Shown in pieces: positions 36,523 to 48,111 of a stretch of 64,000 bases of DNA. The notes below the pieces were generated by a model. That model had not been told where the DNA came from. It ran no database searches and saw only the letters and a list, made by a program, of their open reading frames with translations. Numbering within the stretch: the stretch's first letter is position 1; each line of letters begins with the position of its first letter. A program made the position numbers and the translations under genes. The DNA is from Candidatus Cryptobacteroides sp. (lineage in GTDB: Bacteria; Bacteroidota; Bacteroidia; Bacteroidales; UBA932). Location of the stretch: assembly GCA_051870255.1 (NCBI GenBank), contig JBJEBR010000064.1, positions 15,642-79,641 on the forward strand, written 5' to 3'.

Positions 36523-37379
36523 TATATCACAAATGTTCCGTTTTCGCGGGCATCCTTAAGCAAGTCCCGTTCCAAACCTGAAATCAGGGCCTGCTTGCGC
36601 GAACTTAAAATTATATCCTTTATCTTTTCCGAGCTGAACTCTATCGGGGCAACATTGCCTGCCTGCACGAAGTCGGCGATATATGCAGCATGGAGAATAC
36701 CTGTCGTGTCCGTCTGGCTTATCCAATTGCCTTTCATTGCGGAAAGCACTGTCTTCCAGTCCGTCCCGAACTCACGGGCAAGTACATTGGCATCTATCCA
36801 CCTGTCACCCCACCAGGTGAACTTCATTGCTGAGGAATAGGCAAGGCTGTCTGCCTCCACGATGTCATCCGGAATATCTGACGACATCTTGCGGCGGATC
36901 GGCTCCAGGACGGGCGAGTCCGCAAGTATTCGGAGATAACGAGCCTTCACCACCGGCCGTTCGAGAATGAACTTGTCCTGATGGGCGTTGTAGTATTCCT
37001 CAACCTTGTCCTCAGTCACGGATGTATCCAGTCTCTGGTTCACATAAAGCTGCTCGTATCTGTATTTCAGGAGGGAGTTGCGGTAATCCTCAAGCTCCCT
37101 GGTGACATCCTTCTCCGCCTTGGAAAGCTGCTCCATGGCAATCGTATAGAAAACCCGGTCAGATGCCCAGGTGTTTATGTATTGGAGAGCCAGCCTGGTG
37201 CTGTCCTGAGGGGACAGACCCTTTGGAATAACTTCTTCCAGATCATGACGATAGAGTTTTTCTGTACCGACCCTGGCCACAACTTCATCATCGTGCAGAA
37301 AGGATGAAATCGCCCTGCACGACACCAAAGCCGGCAGGACGACTGCAATGATTGAAGCGATATGTATAAAACGCCTCAT
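36519..37379 (-). CDS. PPIase-associated lipoprotein (SurA N-domain-like)
   Basis: Lipobox LVSC, VVARVGTEKLY, YRNSLLKYRYEQ; lies between guaB and surA. Confidence 0.65.
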   Translation of the reverse strand: MRRFIHIASIIAVVLPALVSCRAISSFLHDDEVVARVGTEKLYRHDLEEVIPKGLSPQDSTRLALQYINTWASDRVFYTIAMEQLSKAEKDVTRELEDYRNSLLKYRYEQLYVNQRLDTSVTEDKVEEYYNAHQDKFILERPVVKARYLRILADSPVLEPIRRKMSSDIPDDIVEADSLAYSSAMKFTWWGDRWIDANVLAREFGTDWKTVLSAMKGNWISQTDTTGILHAAYIADFVQAGNVAPIEFSSEKIKDIILSSRKQALISGLERDLLKDARENGTFVIY

Positions 37380-37384
37380 CTATC

Positions 37385-38917
<1,533 letters not shown>

Positions 38918-38996
38918 TCATAGGGAGATGAGACAATGGCTGTTCCCCGTTCCTGAGAGTCAATTCACCGATTGCGCAGGCAATCATGGTATGCCG

Positions 38997-40748
38997 TCAT
39001 TTTATTTCGCCGTATGATATCACATAACCGTCCTTGTCGACGACATTCCCATCCTTTTCATAGAGTTTCTCACCCGCCGGGATCTCTACGACAAGCAGGA
39101 CTCCCCTGCCAGGAATCTGCACCTGACATTTGCCTGAGGCCCCTTTTGCCACAAAGGTACCTGATATCACATCGTACAGGTCATATTCCCCATTTGCATA
39201 TTGCATTCTCCCGTATGTGAGATGATTGTTGTCATATGTGAATCCCATATCGTTGGAATACGGATTGTAATAAAGGTTCACAGGATATTTCCTTGGTGTG
39301 TAGAAGTCGGTCACATTGCAGTCCAGGCGGATTATTCCTTCAACATCGGAAGGACTTATTATGGAGCCGAATATTCCGACAGGCGAACTGCTGTACAGTG
39401 AAAACATCGTTATCGTCCCGTTGGCCGAGGTCCAGGACGGGCCGTCCCCTTCTGCAACAGGGCACACCGATGCCGGATACACCCCGTACCGGTCGCGTTT
39501 CTTCAGGCCCTCATAGCCGATGACACCTCCGGCATGAGCCTTCAGCTCCGGAGCGAATTGGTTGGCATCGTCTATATGTTCCGGATAGAAAAGACGGGTG
39601 GCACTGGCTGCATGGTACATCCATTTTGCTATGGTATGGGCATACTGAGGAGCATATTTCACCAGAGGGACCAGAGGCATGGCCATTTCGAAGCTGTTCA
39701 TGAGAAATGCATAGCCTCCGCCGTCACTCCAGCTCCCCTGAAGGCCATACACGTCATATTGTCCCCATTTTTCATTTATTACGCCCCATCCGTAGCGTCC
39801 GGAATATGACTTGCATCCGTCGAATGTCCAGTCAAGCATCTTCAGCACATCGTACGAGGTGCCTGCAGTGGCGTTCAGATATGCCGCGCAATAGGCTCCG
39901 TATGGGAGCAATATTTCATACAGACGGCTTTCCGTCTGTGAATCAAGTGCTTCTATCGCACTCTTCGCTGCATCGAGATATGTTTCGTCCCCAAACTTGA
40001 GGTAGGAATGAAGGAGGACATATCCGTGACCGCCGGCGGCATCCTCCTGTTTGGGAATGTTGTTGTCTATCGGGCTCATATTCGCGAAGTTGAAGGCGGA
40101 ATGGGAGTAATTGCCGCCCAGGGCCTCCTCCGCGCGGACAAACTGGTCCGCAATGTTTCGCTGTATCTCATCGGAGCCTTCGACATCCGGGAACACATCA
40201 CAGACAGCGCTGTACAGGACATTCGGAAGAATGTTGTACCACCAGTCAGAGGAATAACCGGAGGTGTTGTTCAACATTATGCGCCATCCACTGCGCTTTC
40301 CGTAATATTGCTGGAGCATACGGGGGTAATTAAAGCCATCCTGATTCGTCTTGTCAATCCCCACGAGGCCGGCTCCGAGAACGGCGGCCATCGTATTTAT
40401 GGCTTCATGTGCTCCTGGTTTCTGCGGTCCCTGACGGCTGTCTCCCACGGTAGTATAGAGGCCGAAACCGTCAAAGCTGACATTGTTGTGGCTTGCATCG
40501 GTCCACACCAACGGACGATATTCATCGGTTGCATTCCTGTCGAACACGAAAGCATCGTAGCCGCGAGCCAGACCGTACCAGTCAATAAGTTGGTAAGTTC
40601 CTGATATATAAGGCATATACAGAACACGGCCAATCTGCTGCTGAGGGATGTTGCGTCCCTCTGCAATCTCGGGCATTTCTGGTTCAAGGGAATTATTGCA
40701 TGATGCAAGCACGGTCATACATGCAACCAATAGAAAGAAGTTCTTCAT
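38997..40748 (-). CDS. PUL lipoprotein of unknown family, paralog 2 (candidate glycoside hydrolase)
   Basis: Lipobox LASC; colinear with 46369-48111 (FGLYT, GIDKT, DWWY, DAAGGHG, ESR.YEILLP, GYEGL, GDGP). Confidence 0.8.
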   Translation of the reverse strand: MKNFFLLVACMTVLASCNNSLEPEMPEIAEGRNIPQQQIGRVLYMPYISGTYQLIDWYGLARGYDAFVFDRNATDEYRPLVWTDASHNNVSFDGFGLYTTVGDSRQGPQKPGAHEAINTMAAVLGAGLVGIDKTNQDGFNYPRMLQQYYGKRSGWRIMLNNTSGYSSDWWYNILPNVLYSAVCDVFPDVEGSDEIQRNIADQFVRAEEALGGNYSHSAFNFANMSPIDNNIPKQEDAAGGHGYVLLHSYLKFGDETYLDAAKSAIEALDSQTESRLYEILLPYGAYCAAYLNATAGTSYDVLKMLDWTFDGCKSYSGRYGWGVINEKWGQYDVYGLQGSWSDGGGYAFLMNSFEMAMPLVPLVKYAPQYAHTIAKWMYHAASATRLFYPEHIDDANQFAPELKAHAGGVIGYEGLKKRDRYGVYPASVCPVAEGDGPSWTSANGTITMFSLYSSSPVGIFGSIISPSDVEGIIRLDCNVTDFYTPRKYPVNLYYNPYSNDMGFTYDNNHLTYGRMQYANGEYDLYDVISGTFVAKGASGKCQVQIPGRGVLLVVEIPAGEKLYEKDGNVVDKDGYVISYGEIK

Positions 40749-40772
40749 TTTTGTCCAATGGCATTTACATGG

Positions 40773-40804
40773 GATCCGGCTGCGGCATCACCCGCAGCCG
40801 GATC
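40773..40804. other. Intra-operon 13-bp GC-rich hairpin
   Basis: gatccggctgcgg-catcac-ccgcagccggatc, no U-tract on the coding strand. Confidence 0.7.
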
Positions 40805-40816
40805 AGGAAAGTGAGA

Positions 40817-41836
40817 TTATTTCTCGCTGTTGTAAAGTTTTGAAACCTGTCCTGCAGTGAGGGCGATGTTGTAAACCTTGAACTCGTCAAGAAGTCCCCA
40901 GAAGCAAGACCAGTTGGTCTCGTTTGCATCTGCAGGGTTGAACCAGTCATCCTTGCATGCAGTCTCCCATGAGCACTGCTGGCCGATGCAGAGGTAGTTG
41001 TCGTCGAAGGTCGGGATGGTTCCCTTCACCTTGTTCTCCCAAGCCTTTGTGAGCTGGCCGTCAACATAGAAATTGACTGTTCCGGCTGTAAGGTCTGATG
41101 ATACTACGACATGGTGCCACTCGTTTGCAGGGCAGCTGTTGTCAGTCTCATTGTCCATGTCGGCAATTCCGCCAGTGTAGGCAAGAGTCATGAAAGGCTT
41201 GCTGCCGTCCTGGAGCTGGAACTTCCATGAATCCCAGCGGTTGAATGAAATGATGTAGTTGTTTGCATAGACCTTTGAAGGGTTTACCCAAACTGCGATT
41301 GAAAGGGCCGAACCTGCAAGAGAAGCCGGATTGAAGCCTTTGACATTGAAGTTTGCTCCCTTCTCGAGTTTCACAGCCTTGCCAACCTTTCCGTCAACAT
41401 ATGTAGGGTAAGTTGCAGTAGGGAATACTTCCTTTGGACCGCAAGCTGCCTCAAGAGTCCAGGCGTTTGCACCGGTGGTCTTGTCTGCCTCTCCGTCGAA
41501 TTTGCACTCCATTGTCAGGGCTGCCGCAGGAATTGCATCATAAGCTGCTGCCTTGAAGGTTTCAATGGCAGCCTTGAGGTTGCTGACGATGTTGTCGATC
41601 TGTGTCTGGGTTGATGCTGCTTCTGCTGCTGTCTTTGCATTGCTGATTGCAGTCTTGAAAGTAGAGATTGCAGAGTCAGGATAATCATCGGTTGTAGCGG
41701 CATTTGCAATAGCTTCTGCCTCAGCTACGACAGCATTGAATTCTGTCTTGTCAAGGTCAGATCCAACTTTGGTCTGACATGCTGCAAATGAAAGTGCAGC
41801 GATTGCCATGATGGCGATTGTCTTTAAAGATTTCAT
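40817..41836 (-). CDS. Surface glycan-binding lipoprotein (FIVAR-like helical domain + LamG/ConA-like domain)
   Basis: Lipobox FAAC; LDKTEF..FKTAISNAK helical repeat; DGKVGKAV, SIAVWVNP, EWHHVVV, FYVDGQL, LDEFKVYNIALT. Confidence 0.82.
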   Translation of the reverse strand: MKSLKTIAIMAIAALSFAACQTKVGSDLDKTEFNAVVAEAEAIANAATTDDYPDSAISTFKTAISNAKTAAEAASTQTQIDNIVSNLKAAIETFKAAAYDAIPAAALTMECKFDGEADKTTGANAWTLEAACGPKEVFPTATYPTYVDGKVGKAVKLEKGANFNVKGFNPASLAGSALSIAVWVNPSKVYANNYIISFNRWDSWKFQLQDGSKPFMTLAYTGGIADMDNETDNSCPANEWHHVVVSSDLTAGTVNFYVDGQLTKAWENKVKGTIPTFDDNYLCIGQQCSWETACKDDWFNPADANETNWSCFWGLLDEFKVYNIALTAGQVSKLYNSEK

Positions 41837-41870
41837 GATGTTTGATTGATAAAAAGTGATTGGTGTTTGA

Positions 41871-43289
41871 TTATTTTATTGAAGTATTAATATCCGTTTC
41901 AGACTGTGGCAGAGGGAAATAATATCTTTCTGCATTCCATGGGAGATCCGGAAGAGCTGTGGTTGCATACTCCTTCCCGTAACGCATCAGGTCGAAGAAT
42001 CTTTGGAATTCGAAGCTTAGCTCCCTGCGGCGTTCCTTGCGGATGAGCACACGCATCTGGTCCTGTGACAAGCCGCTTACCTGTGCGAGGTTGGCGCGCG
42101 ACCTTACCCTGTTGAGCGGAATTTCTGCACCGGCCTGGCTGCTCTCATTGAGGGCTTCGGCCTTCATCAGGAGCACATCGGCATATCTGAGTATGTGCTG
42201 CGGGATGGTACTCTGTGAGATTGCTTCTCCTTCAGGAAGAGCTTCGTGGTATTTCTTCACGAGATAACCTGTTGCCTCTGACCAGCTTGAAGAGAATGTA
42301 GTGCCGAACCATGGTTGACCTTCCCTTCCGATTGAAGCATCAAGGCGAGGGTCTGTCTCCCCGTTGACTGTGGATTCGTCAAATGTCCTCACGAAGTCTT
42401 CTGTAGGAGCATTGAAGTAATATCCTCCTTCAGGAGATGGAGCAAACCATACGTTGAGGTTGTTTCCGAGCTGAGCTGTAGTGTTGTTTGCATATCGTAT
42501 TGCGAACATGCTCTCCACACTGTCTTCTCCACCCCTCATGAACAGGTCGCTGAAGTTCTGCTCCAAATCATAGATGTCCAGCTGTTCAATCTGTGATATG
42601 GCTCCAAGGCAGGCATTGTAGTCTTTTTGATAGAGTTTGCTCTTTGCAAGAAGGGCTAAGGCAGCTCCACGGGTAACACGGCCCGCTTCTGATGGAGTAT
42701 ATTCCTCCGGAAGGACTGTCACTGCATCGGCAAGATCCTTGTCGATCTGCTCATAGATTTTGTCTATACCTGAAAGGCCCACATGGATGGCATCATGGTT
42801 GTCCTGCGGCAAAAGCTTTAGAGGTACTTGTCCGAATATGTTCACCAGATTGAAGTATGAATATGCCCTGAAGAACTTGCTCTGTGCCACATAGGATGCC
42901 TTTGTCTGCTCGTTGATATTCATCTTCTGAACATTGGTGATGACATTGTTGGCACGCGTAATCGTCTCGTATGTATGCTGCCAGAACTCATTAATTGGGC
43001 CATTGTCGGCAGTAGCGGAAAAATTGTCGATACTGTTGATGTCAGCCTGGTCACCTGCATTTCCCCCTTTGACTGCATCATCGGAAGCGACATCCGTGAA
43101 AATCCACAGTTTGTGATCGTACAGGGAGTTGTAAACCCCGTTTACGGCCATTTCGGCATTTTTGGCATCCTTGTAGAAACTCTCCGAAGTATATCCGCCT
43201 TTGAGCTCTTCGTCAAGGAAGTTGCATGATGTTGCCCACATGGCAGCAGATGCAATCAATATGCTGTATGTTAACTTTTTCATTTTCAT
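41871..43289 (-). CDS. SusD/RagB family lipoprotein
   Basis: ATSC, FRAYSYFNLVNIFGQVPL, RYADVLLMKAEALNE, ERRRELSFEFQRFFDLMR. Confidence 0.95.
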   Translation of the reverse strand: MKMKKLTYSILIASAAMWATSCNFLDEELKGGYTSESFYKDAKNAEMAVNGVYNSLYDHKLWIFTDVASDDAVKGGNAGDQADINSIDNFSATADNGPINEFWQHTYETITRANNVITNVQKMNINEQTKASYVAQSKFFRAYSYFNLVNIFGQVPLKLLPQDNHDAIHVGLSGIDKIYEQIDKDLADAVTVLPEEYTPSEAGRVTRGAALALLAKSKLYQKDYNACLGAISQIEQLDIYDLEQNFSDLFMRGGEDSVESMFAIRYANNTTAQLGNNLNVWFAPSPEGGYYFNAPTEDFVRTFDESTVNGETDPRLDASIGREGQPWFGTTFSSSWSEATGYLVKKYHEALPEGEAISQSTIPQHILRYADVLLMKAEALNESSQAGAEIPLNRVRSRANLAQVSGLSQDQMRVLIRKERRRELSFEFQRFFDLMRYGKEYATTALPDLPWNAERYYFPLPQSETDINTSIK

Positions 43290-46200
43290 TAGAATGTAAT
43301 ATTAAGTCCAAGAGTGATGCTCCTTGCCACAGGATATGTTCCCCAGTCGATGCCGTTGGCCCTGTCACCTTCAGATGCGGAGTTCGTACTTACGGTCATC
43401 TCCGGATCCAGTCCTGAATAGCCGGTCAGGGTGAAAAGGTTCGAACCTGCGAGATAGAGGCGGCAGTTTGAGACTGCGCATCCTTCCGGAGTTTTGAAAT
43501 TGTATCCCACCTGCACGTTCTTGAGCCTTACATAAGAGCCGTCTTCAAGGAACCTGGTAGATGCCTTCACGTTGTTGGTCTTTCCGCTCCAGGATGCACG
43601 AGGCTGGGTGTTCGAGTGGTTGGACTCGGTCCAGTGCTCATCGTAATAACGCTTGGTGAGGTTGAATCCTCGGTAATATCCCTCGATGTCATAATTGATC
43701 TGTGAGAATATTTTCTGTCCGAAAGCTCCCTGGAAGAACATTGAAATGTCCCAGTTCTTTATATTGAAGCTAAGGTTCAGACCGGCCGTGAATTTCGGGA
43801 TGGCACTTCCGCAATATGTACGGTCCTTCTCATCTATCTTTCCGTCTTCATTCACATCCACATATTTGACATCTCCCGGCTTGATGCTGCCAGCCGGTCC
43901 CTGGTTTGCGCTCATCATGATCTCGGTTTCGTTCTGGAAGATTCCATCCATTTTGTAAAGGAAGAACGAACCTATCGGATAACCTACCTGGGTGAGGGTC
44001 GCATATACTCCTGAATCGACACGTCCGCTCTGAATCGGGGCATTGAGCGACAGCACCTCGTTGTGGAGATAACCTCCGTTCAGGGTGATGTTGAATCCCC
44101 AGTTCTCAAAGTTACGGCGGTAGAAGATTTCAAGGTCCACACCCGTATTCAGTACGGAACCGTTGTTGATCCATGGAGCGGAAAGATATCCGACTGATGA
44201 TGGTACGGATTCCTGCACGAGCATATCCTTTGTAACTTTATAATAGTAATCCACACTCACCCCGAAAGTGTTCCTGAACCCTTCAAAATCGATTCCGGCA
44301 TTGAACTGGTTTGAAGTTTCCCATTTCAGGTTTTCGTTTGCAAGAGCAGTCTGTGCATATCCGTTCGACACTCCTGAGCCGAAAGCATAATAGTAGTTAG
44401 GATTGTAGCGGTCGTTATAGGCATAAAGTCCTATGTTCTGGTTACCGATTGAACCGTATCCAAGACGAAGTTTCAGTTTGTTAATCTTATCAGTGTTGGA
44501 TTTGATGAATGATTCCTCTTCGATGTTCCAGCCTGCGGAAACTGAGTAGAACGTTCCCCATCTGTTTTTCTTGCTGAACCGGGATGATCCGTCCTCGCGG
44601 ATTATTGCCGAAGCATAATATCTGTTGTCATAATTGTAGTTTGCAGATGCAAAGAATGACATGAGAGCCGATCCGGACTCTCCCTGAACCGCACGGTTAA
44701 TACCGTTTCCGAGTCCTACATAGAGAAGATTGTCGGAAGTGTCGGAGAATATTGTGTCGGACACACCGGTGGTACGTGCATGATTCTTTACAAGCTCGAC
44801 ACCGACGAGATAATTTATGGAGTTTTTGCCTGCGGAAATCCTGTGGTTGAAGGTACTATTGAACGTCCAGTTGATATTGTTCTCCGAATTTACGTCAAGA
44901 CTGTTGGAGCTGTTGATCCTGTTGTTGCTTCCCCATGTAGGATTGAATGTACGGATTGAATAGTCGCGATAATCTACACCGGCTGTCGTATTCCAGAAAA
45001 TATCCTTTGTGAAATTGATGAGGATATTTCCCGTTGCAAGCAAGGATGCGGTGCGGCTGGTCCGGTCTGTATTCTCAATCAGGCCTTCTGGGCTGTAACC
45101 GTCTCCAAAAAACGTATTATAAACAGGATTGCCATAGTATTCGCTCGGAAGGTCCACATAATTGCCATTTTCATCATATACGGGTATGGCCGGGTTGCGA
45201 AAGAATGCATATCTAACCACTGAACCGCCCTCAGACGAACCGTATCCGTCTCCTGAACTCGAAACCATTCTCTGGTTGGAGATTGATCCGTTCACATTGA
45301 GGCTGACCTTGAGCCAGTCTTTAACCTGGGAAGATACATTGGAACGGATGCTTCCCCTCTGATAATTGGTGGATTTGATGATACCGTCCTGCCTGTAATA
45401 AGAACCGCTGATGATGTACTGGGTCTTTTCGGTTCCACCGCTGAGCGAGAGCTCGTGCGAAGTGATAGGTGCCACACGGAAGATTTCCTTGACATGGTTC
45501 ACGTCTGCAAAGTCCTTGACGTAATCGCCTTCTATGAGGGGACGCTTCACCACTGATGAGGCATTGTCCGAAGCAGCCGCCTCATTGTACATTTCTATAT
45601 ACTGGGCAGTATTGCACATCGGTGTCAGGTGGCCGTGCATCTGGATACCGGTCTGCATGTTGTAAGATATCCTTGACGTTCCTTTAGAACCGCCTTTGGT
45701 TGTGACAAGAACGACTCCGTTGCTTGCACGTGATCCATAGATCGCAGCAGACGAGGCATCCTTGAGGACGGTGATGTTGTCGATGTCGTTAGGTGAAATG
45801 TTATTCAGACCTGATTCCACTGGGATTCCGTCCACGATGTAGAGAGGTTCGTTGCTGGAGCTGATGGAGCTTGAACCACGCACACGGACAGATATTGCCG
45901 ATCCCGGAGCTCCTGTCTGGTTCGTTACCTCAACGCCAGAGATACGGCCCTGGAGAGACTGTGAGATTGAAGCGACGGGAACCCTGTTGAGATCCTCTCC
46001 GCCCACCTTGCTCACAGCTCCGAGCACATCGCGCTTTTTCTGCACGGAGTAACCTACGACGACCACGTCGTCGAGGAAGTTGGTGGCGGTTGTCATTTCG
46101 ACATTGATTTCGCTGCGGCCCTTAACCACCACTTCAATGTCGGAATAGCCCACGCAAGTGAATTCAAGGACGGACTCATTGGAAGGAACAGTGATTTCAT

Positions 46201-46369
46201 AACGTCCGTCGAGGTCTGTGATTGTACCGGAAGTCGTGCCTTTTATGACGACTCCGGCTCCGATTACCGGCTCATTGTTGGTCGGATCGATGACCACACC
46301 GCTCACCTTGATCTGCGCGAAAAGCGAGACAGGGAGAAGAGCCAGAATGAGCATGATTAGTCGTTTCAT
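43289..46369 (-). CDS. SusC/RagA family TonB-dependent transporter
   Basis: VVVGYSVQKK, PLYIVDG, LKDASSAAIYGSRASNGVVLVTTKGG, LKWETS, FLEDGSYVRLKN, YPVAR..GLNITF. Confidence 0.97.
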   Translation of the reverse strand: MKRLIMLILALLPVSLFAQIKVSGVVIDPTNNEPVIGAGVVIKGTTSGTITDLDGRYEITVPSNESVLEFTCVGYSDIEVVVKGRSEINVEMTTATNFLDDVVVVGYSVQKKRDVLGAVSKVGGEDLNRVPVASISQSLQGRISGVEVTNQTGAPGSAISVRVRGSSSISSSNEPLYIVDGIPVESGLNNISPNDIDNITVLKDASSAAIYGSRASNGVVLVTTKGGSKGTSRISYNMQTGIQMHGHLTPMCNTAQYIEMYNEAAASDNASSVVKRPLIEGDYVKDFADVNHVKEIFRVAPITSHELSLSGGTEKTQYIISGSYYRQDGIIKSTNYQRGSIRSNVSSQVKDWLKVSLNVNGSISNQRMVSSSGDGYGSSEGGSVVRYAFFRNPAIPVYDENGNYVDLPSEYYGNPVYNTFFGDGYSPEGLIENTDRTSRTASLLATGNILINFTKDIFWNTTAGVDYRDYSIRTFNPTWGSNNRINSSNSLDVNSENNINWTFNSTFNHRISAGKNSINYLVGVELVKNHARTTGVSDTIFSDTSDNLLYVGLGNGINRAVQGESGSALMSFFASANYNYDNRYYASAIIREDGSSRFSKKNRWGTFYSVSAGWNIEEESFIKSNTDKINKLKLRLGYGSIGNQNIGLYAYNDRYNPNYYYAFGSGVSNGYAQTALANENLKWETSNQFNAGIDFEGFRNTFGVSVDYYYKVTKDMLVQESVPSSVGYLSAPWINNGSVLNTGVDLEIFYRRNFENWGFNITLNGGYLHNEVLSLNAPIQSGRVDSGVYATLTQVGYPIGSFFLYKMDGIFQNETEIMMSANQGPAGSIKPGDVKYVDVNEDGKIDEKDRTYCGSAIPKFTAGLNLSFNIKNWDISMFFQGAFGQKIFSQINYDIEGYYRGFNLTKRYYDEHWTESNHSNTQPRASWSGKTNNVKASTRFLEDGSYVRLKNVQVGYNFKTPEGCAVSNCRLYLAGSNLFTLTGYSGLDPEMTVSTNSASEGDRANGIDWGTYPVARSITLGLNITF

Positions 46370-48111
46370 TACCTATAAGATATTATATTGTTATTTACCA
46401 AAAGTTTACCGTTATCCTCAACGATTTCGGCACCGGCGGGCAGTTCGACGACCACTGCGGCAGTATCACCTCCGAGACTTATCCTGCATTTGCCTTTCAC
46501 GTTTTTAGCGAGATATGTCTTTGAGACAATATCGAAAAGATCAGTATTCTCCGAAGACAGTTCGTATGTCACTTTCCTGGACTGGCCGAACGGATTGTAC
46601 ATGAGGTTGACCGCGTAAGGACGCTCTGAATAAAAGTCGGTCGCATTGCAGTTCAACTTGAGGATACCTTCGACATCAGTCGGAGTCACGATCGCTCCGA
46701 GAATTCCGCAGGCTGAAGTGCTGTACAGGGAGAACATGCTTTCCTTAGGATTGGTCGGATACCAGAGCGGGCCGTCGCCGAGGGCCACCGGATGAACTCC
46801 TTCCGGCACAGCTGAGTATTTTTCGTTCTTTGTGCTGAGGATGTTCTCAAAACGGAGTCCCTCATAACCTACGATGCTGTTGGTGTAGTCCTGCATGCCC
46901 GGGAGGCACTGGTTTTCGTCAGGGAGCTGGTCAGGGAAAAAGAGACGGCAGTTGTTGGCAAGATTCAGCATCCATTTTCCGATTGCGCGTGCATATTGAG
47001 GCTGGTATTTTGCCACCGGCACGAAAGGCCATGCCACATCTATGCTGTTCATCAGGAAAGCATATCCGCCGCCGTCAACAAGGCTGCCCTGAAGGCCGCT
47101 GATCTCATAATCTCCCCACTTGCCGGCAGTTATTCCCCATCCTGTCCTGCTGTTCACAGGATTCGTACATCCGTCAAACACCCATGAGAACATCTTTGCA
47201 AGATCGTAGTCGCAGCCATACTGTGCATTAAGGCGTGCTGCGGTATAGATGCCCATCGGGAGGAGGATTTCATAAAAACGGCTTTCCTTCTGGGAGTCGA
47301 GAGCCGCTATTGCACTCTTTGCCCTTTCGAGATAACGTTCGTCACCGTATTTTTCATAAGCGGCGAGAAGAACCCATCCATGTCCTCCGGCGGCATCCTG
47401 CTGGAGGGGAATCCAGTTCACCATTCCCTTCATCCTGGAATAGTCGAAATATGAATAGTCATAATTGCCGTCCAGGACTTCATCTGCTTTTGCAAACTGC
47501 TCCGCAACGGTATATTGGATTGCCTCAGCACCTTCAACACCTGGGAAAAGTTCGCAGACTGCATAATAGAGGATGTTCGGATACACGTCATACCACCAGT
47601 CCCTGCCGTATCCGCCGCCGAGAAGTGCAACATCCGGACAGGTGTTGTTCATGACGATGTTCCAGCCGTTGTCCTTGTTGAAATAGTTCTGCACCATCTT
47701 CACATAGTTGTATCCTTCCGGTGAAGATGTCTTGTCTATTCCCATCAGGCCTGCGCTGATAAGAGCATGGAGAGTGTTGAGACTCTCATGGAACTCCCCG
47801 TTGTTGCGGTCCGGTCCCTGACGGTCATCGGCCATAGCAGTATAGAGGCCGAAAGTCGGCTGAGGGAAATTCCTCTGTGCGTTGTCAATCCAGATTACCG
47901 GGCCGGCTGGAAGCGTGGAGTTGAAATCGAATGCGTAGGCATCGTAGTCAAGAGCTTTCTGTTTCCAGTCGAGCATCTTGTAAGGCTGAGGAAAATCGGC
48001 CATCATATCAACGCGTGAAATCGGTTCCTGTTCTACTGGCTGACCTATAGGGGTCTGGGCACATGAGCAGGCTGCAAGGGCAGCAACTGCCATGATTGTG
48101 GTCTGTTTCAT
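46369..48111 (-). CDS. PUL lipoprotein of unknown family, paralog 1 (candidate glycoside hydrolase)
   Basis: Lipobox LAAC/SC; helical-barrel-like segment DAAGGHGWVLLAAYEKYGDERYLERAK; paralog of 38997-40748. Confidence 0.8.
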   Translation of the reverse strand: MKQTTIMAVAALAACSCAQTPIGQPVEQEPISRVDMMADFPQPYKMLDWKQKALDYDAYAFDFNSTLPAGPVIWIDNAQRNFPQPTFGLYTAMADDRQGPDRNNGEFHESLNTLHALISAGLMGIDKTSSPEGYNYVKMVQNYFNKDNGWNIVMNNTCPDVALLGGGYGRDWWYDVYPNILYYAVCELFPGVEGAEAIQYTVAEQFAKADEVLDGNYDYSYFDYSRMKGMVNWIPLQQDAAGGHGWVLLAAYEKYGDERYLERAKSAIAALDSQKESRFYEILLPMGIYTAARLNAQYGCDYDLAKMFSWVFDGCTNPVNSRTGWGITAGKWGDYEISGLQGSLVDGGGYAFLMNSIDVAWPFVPVAKYQPQYARAIGKWMLNLANNCRLFFPDQLPDENQCLPGMQDYTNSIVGYEGLRFENILSTKNEKYSAVPEGVHPVALGDGPLWYPTNPKESMFSLYSTSACGILGAIVTPTDVEGILKLNCNATDFYSERPYAVNLMYNPFGQSRKVTYELSSENTDLFDIVSKTYLAKNVKGKCRISLGGDTAAVVVELPAGAEIVEDNGKLLVNNNIISYR

